Below, in pieces: positions 34,141 through 41,084 of a stretch of 43,880 nucleotides of DNA. Source of the stretch: Burkholderiaceae bacterium (lineage in GTDB: Bacteria > Pseudomonadota > Gammaproteobacteria > Burkholderiales > Burkholderiaceae_C); contig JBOHHM010000020.1 in NCBI GenBank assembly GCA_050725495.1, positions 1 through 43,880 on the forward strand, written 5' to 3'. A program made the translations under genes and the position numbers. The notes beneath the pieces were generated by a model, which was not told the origin of the DNA, did no database searches, and saw nothing but the letters and a program-made list of their open reading frames with translations. How positions within the stretch are numbered: position 1 is the stretch's first letter; each line of letters starts with the position of its first letter.

Positions 34141-35613
34141 TCAGGGCTTGTGGGTCGCGGCCTCGGCCTGCGCCATGCCCAGGGTGCGGCCCTTTTGCAG
34201 CATCAGCAGCAGGTCGAGCGTGCCGTCTTTTTGCAGGCGCTGCATGTCGGACTTGAGCTCGGCAAACACCAGGTCGGGCTGGTAGCCGCGCTGGCGCAGC
34301 TTTTCGCTGAAGCTCGACAGGCCGCCGGCAATTTCGTCCAGGTCGGCGGCCACGTCCTGCACGGGGTTGACGTAGCTCCACTTCGGCGTGGACCATTCAC
34401 AAGCGCTGTCGGCCTGGCGCAGCTGGCCGCCCAGCACGGCGGCCTCGACGAAGGCGCGCCAGATGGGATCGCACAGCTTATGGATCAGGGTGAGCCACTG
34501 GGTCTGCTCGGCGTTGCGGCGGAACTCGAGCAGGGCCACGCGGGCGCTGCTGAAGTTGACCTCGCGCACGTCGCCCGTCAGCATTTCGTAGGTGACGCCC
34601 ATGCCGGCGGCGATCAGGTGCAGCTGGTATTTGACATATTCGACATAGCCGGGCGCGACCTTGGGCTCAACCAGGGTCAGGTTGCCGCCGGTGGGCACCT
34701 GGGTGATGCTGCCGCTGGCCAAGGCACCGAGCTCGCCGGTGCTGCGGACCGTGGCCTGGTCCTGGCTCTCGCTCAGGCTCATGGTGGTGGCGTCGCCGCT
34801 GTAGATCACGCTCAGGCGGGTTTCGAGGTTCTTGCGCTGCAGCTCGGCGTCTTCGTAGAGCTGCAGGTCGCGCACGCGGGCGATGACGGGCGCCAGGCGG
34901 GTGAAGCCCCGGCCCTGGCCCGGGCGCTGCGGGTTGTAGAGGTGGATGATGCGCTCGGCCGGCACGGGGTAGCTGCTGGCGCGGCCGCGGCGGCTGGCCT
35001 GGATTTCGCCGGGGTGTTGGTCGAACAGCCAGTAGGCGACGATCTTGCCGAGGGCGTCGTATTCGATGCCGTTGACGATGCTGTTGGGGCCGCTGGCGCC
35101 GGTCTTGGCGCTGTCGAGCCAGTCGATTTCCAGCAGCTGCAGCTGCAGCGGCACGGGCAGGCCGTCTGCGGCGCGGCGCGCGCGCAGGCGCACGAGCACC
35201 TCGCCGTCCTGCTCCATGGCGCGATAGGCGGCGGCCTGCAGGCCGTAGAGGTCGAGCCGGCCGTCGGCGTCGGCGAGCTTGGCCCAGTCGTTCCACAGCG
35301 CGTCGATGGCCTTGGCCTGGGCCGACAGGCTGCGCGGCGTGATGCCGGTGCCGATGACGTTGGCCACCAGAGACTCGAGGCCGCGCGAAATGTAGGGGCT
35401 GTTTTGCACCAGGGCGCGGGCGCGTACGCGCAGGGTGGCGGCGTCGGCCATGTGGTCGGTGTTGGCGCTGGCGCCGGCGCGGCGCGGCCGCCAGCCGTCG
35501 CGCTGGCTGGCGCCTTCGTAGGCGCGGGCCAGCAGTTCGCGGGCCCGCAGGCGGCGCAGGCCGGCGTCGGGTGCGAAGACGCCGATCAGGCGGTCGATCA
35601 GGTTGCCGGCCAT
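34141..35613 (-). CDS. Portal protein, lambda (gpB) family
   Basis: 490 aa; MAGNLIDRLIGVFAPDAGLRRLRARELLARAYEGASQRDGWRPRRAGASANTD...LVQNSPYISRGLESLVANVIGTGI. Confidence 0.9.
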   Translation of the reverse strand: MAGNLIDRLIGVFAPDAGLRRLRARELLARAYEGASQRDGWRPRRAGASANTDHMADAATLRVRARALVQNSPYISRGLESLVANVIGTGITPRSLSAQAKAIDALWNDWAKLADADGRLDLYGLQAAAYRAMEQDGEVLVRLRARRAADGLPVPLQLQLLEIDWLDSAKTGASGPNSIVNGIEYDALGKIVAYWLFDQHPGEIQASRRGRASSYPVPAERIIHLYNPQRPGQGRGFTRLAPVIARVRDLQLYEDAELQRKNLETRLSVIYSGDATTMSLSESQDQATVRSTGELGALASGSITQVPTGGNLTLVEPKVAPGYVEYVKYQLHLIAAGMGVTYEMLTGDVREVNFSSARVALLEFRRNAEQTQWLTLIHKLCDPIWRAFVEAAVLGGQLRQADSACEWSTPKWSYVNPVQDVAADLDEIAGGLSSFSEKLRQRGYQPDLVFAELKSDMQRLQKDGTLDLLLMLQKGRTLGMAQAEAATHKP

Positions 35614-35616
35614 AGA

Positions 35617-35838
35617 TCAGTCTCCCCGCGCGGTCGTGAAGGTCACGCGGAAGCTGCCGCGCCGCGGTGAGCTGCCCTGCGTGGCGCCGACGGCCAGCAC
35701 GCTGCTGACATGGGCGCGGGCCTGCAGCAGGTCGGACACGCTGCGGTAGACGAGCTTGCGGCCGTTGACCTCGACCGACAGCTCGCCGGCGGCGATGGCG
35801 GCGTCTAGGTTGTCGAGGTCGGTCTGGGTGAGTGCCAT
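35617..35838 (-). CDS. Head-tail joining protein gpW-like
   Basis: 73 aa; the LDNLDAAIAAGELSVEVNGRKLVYRSVSDLLQARAHV pattern parallels lambda W. It lies immediately upstream of the portal. Confidence 0.7.
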   Translation of the reverse strand: MALTQTDLDNLDAAIAAGELSVEVNGRKLVYRSVSDLLQARAHVSSVLAVGATQGSSPRRGSFRVTFTTARGD

Positions 35839-35893
35839 GGGTCAGTGTGTTGACCGCGCGGCGCGCGGTTTAGCACTGACAGTACCGAGGCGG

Positions 35894-35922
35894 CTGTCTC
35901 ATTTCAAGAAAATCTGAGACAG
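35894..35922. promoter_or_regulatory. Conserved inverted-repeat element, copy 2 (CTGTCTCA-N13-TGAGACAG, then TTTTTT on the plus strand)
   Basis: A perfect 8-bp stem that overlaps the last codons and stop of the Mor-like gene, 56 nt upstream of the gpW ATG. Confidence 0.6.
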
Positions 35923-36237
35923 TTTTTTCGTGCCGCCGGGCTGCTTGAGGATCCGGTACACCGTGGCGCGGCTGATCTGCAGTCGGCGCGCCACCTCGCT
36001 GGCGTTGCGGCCATCGAAGAGCGCCAACACCTGCTGCACGAGCTGCTGGCGCTCGGAGGTGGCCCGGCCGGCGATGTAGCATTTCTCTCCCATGAACTCG
36101 GCCCGCACAGCGGCTTTGCGCTGGCTGATCTGGTCGCTGATCTGCGGGAACTCAGCCAGGAGATAGTCAAAGATGCGATCGACCAGATCGGGTTTGGCCT
36201 GGATGAGTTGCTGCAGTTCGGGGGTGGGGTTGGGCAT
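35899..36237 (-). CDS. Mor/C-family transcriptional activator-like protein
   Basis: GEKCYIAGRATSERQQLVQQVLALFDGRNASEVARRLQISRATVYRILKQ parallels Mu Mor (...GGGQVYIPRG...IWNDFNGRNVSELTTRYGVTFNTVYKAIRR). Confidence 0.6.
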   Translation of the reverse strand: MPNPTPELQQLIQAKPDLVDRIFDYLLAEFPQISDQISQRKAAVRAEFMGEKCYIAGRATSERQQLVQQVLALFDGRNASEVARRLQISRATVYRILKQPGGTKKLSQIFLK

Positions 36238-36242
36238 CGGTG

Positions 36243-38282
36243 TTACCAGTCGCGGGCGAAGGGTCGGGGAGCGGCGGGCCGTTGCGGCTCGGCGTTGGCG
36301 GGGGACGCAGCGCTGTTTTTGCTATTGTTTTGATAGCTATCTGCGGCCGGCTGCTGCTGGCTTTGGCCTGTCGTCTCTGAAAAAAGGTCGGGCGCGCGGG
36401 GCGCGTATTTCTGTTCACGGCGGGCCCAGCCGGGCTCGCGGTAGGTCTGGATGCCCAGGTGGCAGGCCGCGGCGTAGGCGTAGACCATGCAGTCGCCGCC
36501 CTCCTCGCGTTGGCCGGCCGGCGTGATCCAGCGCATGCTGGCCTTGCCGTTGACGGTGACGGGCATCAGGCGGGCGGCGGTCATCTGCTCGAATTCGTCG
36601 GTGTTGGCGAGCGACTTCGGGACATGCACATAGCCGGGCCCGACCTGGGTGATGCGCATGCGGCCGTAGAGCAGGTGCTTGGCGGTGTCGGTGCCTATGC
36701 TCCAGAGCTTGACGCCGTTCGGGATGGTGCGGCCGCGCCAGTTGACGTCGAGCATGCGCGGCTTGCCGATGACGGCATTGCCGTAGCTGCTGGCGCCCTT
36801 GATGGCCAGCACATGGCCATGGGCGTGGTTGCGGCAGTAGGCGTAGACGGCGTGGGTGTTGTGGCCGCCGGTGTCGACGCAGCAGGCCTCGACCAGCATC
36901 TGCGCGCCGCTGGCGTGCAGGATCGGGGTGCGGCGAATTTCGGTGAGCCGGGTCCAGGGGCTGCCCTCGGTGTTTTCGTCGAGGTTCGGGTCGCCGTAGA
37001 GGATGTGGCGGGCCACCAGCCAGCTTTCCTCGCCGCGGCCAAAGGCCCAGACGCGGGCCTCGAGCCGGTCGGGCTGGGTGTCGACACCCATGGCGAGCAT
37101 GAGGCCGCCGCGCGGCACGAGGCCCAGCTCGTAGTCTTCGGCGCGCGCGGCCAGGGCGCGGTGGTCGGCGCCGCTGCCGGTCTCCTCCCAGGTTTCGGCC
37201 AGGCTGGAGTTCAGGAACTTCTTGAGCGGCGCGCTGTTGCCGATCAGCTTGGCCTCTTGCGCGGCCTGCCACTCCTCGACCAGGCTGGCCCAGCTTTTCC
37301 AACCGAGCGGGCTGTAGAGCTTGTTGAGCCAGAAGCCGGCGCGCTTGCCCAGGCCGGCGCCGGGTGCGTCGGGGATCCACAGGCCGCCGGCCAGCATGCC
37401 CTCCTTGTGGTGCTCTTCGATGGCCGCGCCGCAGTGGCGGCAGATGTAGACGGCGGTCTCGGGCCGGGCCTGGCCGCTGTCGCTCTTGAGCCATTTGAGG
37501 CCCCATTCGGTCTTCGCACCCCACAGCAGCACCTGGGCCTGGCCGCAGTGCGGGCAGGGGACATGGTACTTGCGCTGGTCGCTGGCCAGGTACTCGCGCT
37601 CGATGGTGCTCTGGCCCTTGATGTTGCAAGTGCTGGCGATGATGAGCTTGCGGCGGCTGAAGTTGCTCATGCGCTCTTCGAGCAGGCCCAGCGGCGGGCC
37701 TTCGTTGTCGACGTCGGCGGGCCATTTGTCGACTTCGTCGGCCACCGCGAAGCCCAGCGGCTTGGACGCCAGCGAGGAGGCGCTGTTCGCGCCACCAAAA
37801 AACACGGTGAAGCCGCCCTGGATCGAGCGGCTGCGCCAGCTGGTGGACTCGTCGCGGCTCTTGCGCACGGCCACCTTGCCGCGCATGGCCGGGGTCTGCA
37901 TGATGGTCGGCAGGAAGCGCTGGGCGCTGTGGTCCTGCGCGTCCTGCAGGGTGGGCTGCACCATCATCATGTCCTGCGGATCGGTGTGGATCCGCTGCAT
38001 GACGGCGTTGTACAGGACCTCGGACTTGCCGAGCTGGGTCGCAAACCAGAGCGCGACCCGCTCGTAGGGCGTGTGCGACGAGGCGCAGCGCATCGGCTCG
38101 ACCAGGTAGGGCGTGCGCTCGTTGCGCCACGGGCCGCGCTCCGGGCCCTTGGCGATGTGGCGGTATTGCGCGGCCCACTCGGCCGTGTCGATGCGCGGCG
38201 GCGGCGCCAGGAACCTGGCCTTGAGCTGGTCCAGCAGCTCGACGGCGCGGGCCTGGTCGTCGGGGAGGTCGCGGGCGCTCAT
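36243..38282 (-). CDS. Terminase large subunit, lambda GpA family
   Basis: 679 aa; FATQLGKSEV (Walker A-like), LGFAVADEVDKW (Walker B-like), HVPCPHCGQAQVL zinc-ribbon-like motif typical of GpA. Confidence 0.9.
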   Translation of the reverse strand: MSARDLPDDQARAVELLDQLKARFLAPPPRIDTAEWAAQYRHIAKGPERGPWRNERTPYLVEPMRCASSHTPYERVALWFATQLGKSEVLYNAVMQRIHTDPQDMMMVQPTLQDAQDHSAQRFLPTIMQTPAMRGKVAVRKSRDESTSWRSRSIQGGFTVFFGGANSASSLASKPLGFAVADEVDKWPADVDNEGPPLGLLEERMSNFSRRKLIIASTCNIKGQSTIEREYLASDQRKYHVPCPHCGQAQVLLWGAKTEWGLKWLKSDSGQARPETAVYICRHCGAAIEEHHKEGMLAGGLWIPDAPGAGLGKRAGFWLNKLYSPLGWKSWASLVEEWQAAQEAKLIGNSAPLKKFLNSSLAETWEETGSGADHRALAARAEDYELGLVPRGGLMLAMGVDTQPDRLEARVWAFGRGEESWLVARHILYGDPNLDENTEGSPWTRLTEIRRTPILHASGAQMLVEACCVDTGGHNTHAVYAYCRNHAHGHVLAIKGASSYGNAVIGKPRMLDVNWRGRTIPNGVKLWSIGTDTAKHLLYGRMRITQVGPGYVHVPKSLANTDEFEQMTAARLMPVTVNGKASMRWITPAGQREEGGDCMVYAYAAACHLGIQTYREPGWARREQKYAPRAPDLFSETTGQSQQQPAADSYQNNSKNSAASPANAEPQRPAAPRPFARDW
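36319..36338. repeat. GCTA-N10-TAGC motif, copy d (inside prophage terL)
   Basis: TTGCTATTGTTTTGATAGCT; it encodes SYQNNSK near the TerL C-terminus on the minus strand. Confidence 0.6.
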
Positions 38283-38845
38283 TCGACGGCGGCCTCGGTC
38301 TGGCCGATGCGGTCGGGCGCGCCGGCCAGGTGGTGCAGGGCCTGGTGGATCTCGGCATGCAGCGTGTTCTGCACGCTGGCCGGGTCGGTGTCGGCCGCCA
38401 GCAGCGGCGCCAGCCGCGCGGGGATCTGCAGCAACGCGTCGCGCGTGGTGGCGAACACCGTGGCCAGCGTGGACTTGACCGCAGCGACACGGATCAGCTC
38501 GCCCTGCATTTCGGCGAGCTTGAGTCTGGCAATCTGGGCCTCGGCCGCTTCGCGCAGGGTTTTGGCGACGTGATAGCTGGTGGCCTCGGTGCCGTCTTGT
38601 GGCTCTGCCGCCTGGGGCGTGGCGGGGGCGGTGTCCGGTTGCAGGGCGGCTGATGTTTTCGACGAGGGGCGAACGCGGTTCATCAGGGCGATCTTGGCCA
38701 TTTCGACGTCGATCAGTCCGTCCTTGTCTTTGGTGAGAATGCCGCGCTTGACCAGGTCGTGGACGGCCTGGCGCGAGACGCCGAGTTCACGGGCTAGGCC
38801 CGATTCAGTGAGTTTTCGAATGGCGGTCGATGGACTTGATGCCAC
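38279..38845 (-). CDS. Terminase small subunit (Nu1-like, N-terminal HTH)
   Basis: A GTG at 38845 preceded by GGAG (7-nt spacing) gives MASSPSTAIRKLTESGLARELGVSRQAVHDLVKRGIL... Starts further upstream in the track ORF would overlap the preceding gene by more than 170 nt. The stop overlaps the TerL start. Confidence 0.6.
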   Translation of the reverse strand: MASSPSTAIRKLTESGLARELGVSRQAVHDLVKRGILTKDKDGLIDVEMAKIALMNRVRPSSKTSAALQPDTAPATPQAAEPQDGTEATSYHVAKTLREAAEAQIARLKLAEMQGELIRVAAVKSTLATVFATTRDALLQIPARLAPLLAADTDPASVQNTLHAEIHQALHHLAGAPDRIGQTEAAVE

Positions 38846-39458
38846 TGAAAAACTCCAGGTAAAAGGCGTGCAGCTCGGCGCCGCAGTGGATGGTGCTCTG
38901 CTCGATGCGCGGGTTGGTGTTGACGTTAGCGCTCGATTCGATGGTGAGGTGGTAGGCGGTTTCGGCCTGGCTGGCAAGGGTGATCTTGCTGTGGTTTTTG
39001 GCGATCACGAGGCGGCAGCCGTAGGTCTCGCACATCTTCATCATCTGCTCGTACTCGTCGCCGTAGGAGCCGGGGAAAATCTCGCCCGCGTAGAGGTCGA
39101 ACTGCTCGATCTTGCCGGCGTCGAGCCAGGTGGCGATCTCCTGGAGGTCGTTTTTTGCGATGCACCAGGTCGACATCAGGACCTGGTCGAGGTGGCTCAC
39201 GCCGGCCAGGACGTGGCGCAGGTAGCTGAGGCTGTCGATGTCGCCCCGGCTGATGACGTGCCAGCTTTCGCCGTCGGCAAAACGGGCGGGCAGGATGTCG
39301 GCAAGGTACGCTTCGGCTGTGGCGCGGCGCATGTGGTGGCGGTTGGCGCTTTTTTGTGCGCGGGCGCGTTCGGTTTGCTGGCGATCGGCCTGGAATTGGC
39401 GACCCGCGGCGAGGACTTCGGCGGGGTCGAAACCTGAGAAGAGATCGGTCATGGTCAT
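38805..39458 (-). CDS. PLD-superfamily (HKD-like) protein, possible nuclease
   Basis: 217 aa; C-terminal CRLVIAKNHSKITLASQAETAYHLTIESSANVNTNPRIEQ resembles the H-x-K...(G/E)S-x-N...N-x-E motif of single-HKD nucleases, but the Asp position is Ser. It overlaps terS by 41 nt. Confidence 0.45.
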   Translation of the reverse strand: MTMTDLFSGFDPAEVLAAGRQFQADRQQTERARAQKSANRHHMRRATAEAYLADILPARFADGESWHVISRGDIDSLSYLRHVLAGVSHLDQVLMSTWCIAKNDLQEIATWLDAGKIEQFDLYAGEIFPGSYGDEYEQMMKMCETYGCRLVIAKNHSKITLASQAETAYHLTIESSANVNTNPRIEQSTIHCGAELHAFYLEFFSGIKSIDRHSKTH

Positions 39459-39576
39459 GTCAAGGCACCTGTCAAGCAATTGGAAAGCCCATTCACTAGC
39501 GCGATTCCGGGGTTCGAATTACCCGTGCAGGGGAGTTGCCGGAAGGACCCATTGACGGGGGCGGGGTCGGCCTGGC

Positions 39577-40362
39577 TCACCGGGCGGTCCTCAGCGCGTC
39601 GGCGAAGCGCCGCTCGAAGAACTTGGGGAACTCCTGATCGATCGTGGGCCTGGAGACTCCGAAGAAGTCCAGTCTGGTCTGGTAGTTTGGAGCCCTCACG
39701 AACATCAGGATGGGCTTGATGTCCGAGCCATGGATGCCCGTGCGCGCCCATATGCCGGGGTGAAGGTGCTTCCCTCCACGACCACCTCGCAGCTTGCCGT
39801 AGTTGACGAAGTACTCAACGCCACCGATGGTCTTGTAACCCTGCTTGCGCCCGCGCTTTGCCAAGCTGGCCTTGCGCTTGGCCGTCATGTTGGCCTTGTA
39901 ACCCTGTTCGCCGAATGCCTGAAAGTAGCTGATGAGCTGCACAATGAAGCCGCCCTTGACATTGCCGTACACGTCCAAGGGCACCGCATCACCAGGCACG
40001 ATCACGTATCCGGCAGGCAGTATCCCGGCACGGTTCAGCGCAACTTCAGAGCGCTTGAGACGGCGCGAGCCACCAAAGATTTGGGCACGCAAAATCTTTT
40101 GGGGATCGATGCCTTTGCCACCCATGTACTTCGGCTCGATGGTTGCCGTCATGGATTGTTTGGTGGCCTTGGTCACCTGGACGCTCCGGAGGATGTAGGG
40201 TGTCACCCGGTCGAACTTGGCCCTCATCTCGCGTTGAAGCTCGTCCCGCACCTTGAACGCGGTGTCGTTGATGGACTGCATCGCCGCGAACCGGGCCTGC
40301 TTGCCGACGCGGTCGATGTACTTTTGCACGTCCGGGAAGTTGGTCTTGATGCTGATCTGCAT
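39577..40362 (-). CDS. Hypothetical phage protein, 261 aa
   Basis: MQISIKTNFPDVQKYIDRVGKQARFAAMQSINDTAFKVRDELQREMRAKFDRVTPYILRSV... Good coding statistics and lower GC. It loosely resembles virion-accessory proteins, but I cannot assign a family. Confidence 0.5.
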   Translation of the reverse strand: MQISIKTNFPDVQKYIDRVGKQARFAAMQSINDTAFKVRDELQREMRAKFDRVTPYILRSVQVTKATKQSMTATIEPKYMGGKGIDPQKILRAQIFGGSRRLKRSEVALNRAGILPAGYVIVPGDAVPLDVYGNVKGGFIVQLISYFQAFGEQGYKANMTAKRKASLAKRGRKQGYKTIGGVEYFVNYGKLRGGRGGKHLHPGIWARTGIHGSDIKPILMFVRAPNYQTRLDFFGVSRPTIDQEFPKFFERRFADALRTAR

Positions 40363-40363
40363 G

Positions 40364-40635
40364 TCAGCCCTCCAGCGCGATCACGCCGATGCGCACGCCG
40401 TGCATGATCTCGTCCACGCTCAGGCCGGTCTCGCCTTGATCCGGCTGGCGCAGGCGAGCACCTCCTTGGTCGGTGGCGATCCCGGGAAGCGGGCAATCGC
40501 CGCCAGCTGCGCCTTGGCCAGCGCCTTGTCGGGCGCGGCCGACAGCACGAGCCGGGCGCAGCAGGCCACGCAGCTGAAGGCGTAGCCGCCCCAATGCGGC
40601 CGGGTTCAGGCGGTCTGGCCGTCGCTGCATGTCAT
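40364..40635 (-). pseudogene. Small gene disrupted by an in-frame TGA (40606-40608) and an apparent -1 frame change near 40430
   Basis: The ATG at 40635 overlaps the P-like stop (ATGA). The frame with high third-position GC reads MTCSDGQTA*TRPHWGGYAFSCVACCARLVLSAAPDKALAKAQLAAIARFPGSPPTKEVLACASRIKARPA*. Downstream, the high-GC3 frame switches to ...ETGLSVDEIMHGVRIGVIALEG* (stop 40364). Confidence 0.4.
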
Positions 40636-41084
40636 GCCCCCAGGCCCAGCACCTGGCGCGCGGCCAGCCGCGGGAAGCGGTTGATGCGCTCGCCCTGGTT
40701 GTGGCGGGCGATGATTCGGTGTGCCCAGTCATGGCGGCCGGGCGCGGGGCCGGCCGCGGCCGCACGCACCGGCGCCAGCTTGGCCAGCTCGGCCGCCACG
40801 CGGGCCGGATCGGCCTTGGGCTCGGACAGGCGCGGCAGCTCGGGTGCCGGGGCCCGGCGGCAGATGGCGCGGAACTCCTGCGCCGTGGGCGGCTTGCTGT
40901 CTGGCAGATTGGCCAAGGCCCAGGCAATCGCCTCGGGGTGCTCCATGTAGCCGCCGAGCGTCTCGGCCCAGTCGGTCTTCACGTCGGCCATCGGCACGCC
41001 TTCCCAGCGCGCCAAGAAGTCGCGGCCATAGGCGACGGTCAGCTTCTGAAAAATGCGCTCGACCCAGTTGATCGGCAGGCTCAT
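40632..41084 (-). CDS. Replication protein P-like (helicase loader) (putative)
   Basis: 150 aa; IFQKLTVAYGRDFLARW...KPPTAQEFRAICRRAP parallels lambda P (VFSQLLATFPA...PFLPSPGQFVAWCR). Coupled to the initiator gene. Confidence 0.5.
   Translation of the reverse strand: MSLPINWVERIFQKLTVAYGRDFLARWEGVPMADVKTDWAETLGGYMEHPEAIAWALANLPDSKPPTAQEFRAICRRAPAPELPRLSEPKADPARVAAELAKLAPVRAAAAGPAPGRHDWAHRIIARHNQGERINRFPRLAARQVLGLGA

Noticed and set aside
38846-38977. N-terminal extension of the terS ORF (track start 38977)
   Set aside because: It would overlap the PLD-like gene by more than 170 nt in a Pro/Ser/Thr-rich shadow frame. The internal GTG at 38845 with a GGAG RBS gives a protein that starts just before the HTH.
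39507-39525. tRNA-like string CCGGGGTTCGAATTACCCG
   Set aside because: It resembles a T-loop (GGTTCGAAT), but the stem cannot pair (CCGGG vs TTACC) and no acceptor or anticodon arms surround it.
40606-40608. In-frame TGA as selenocysteine, or TAG in folD as a recoded codon
   Set aside because: There is no SECIS-like hairpin directly downstream, the gene also has a frame disruption, and nothing else in the window suggests altered decoding. Mutation or sequence error is the simpler explanation.
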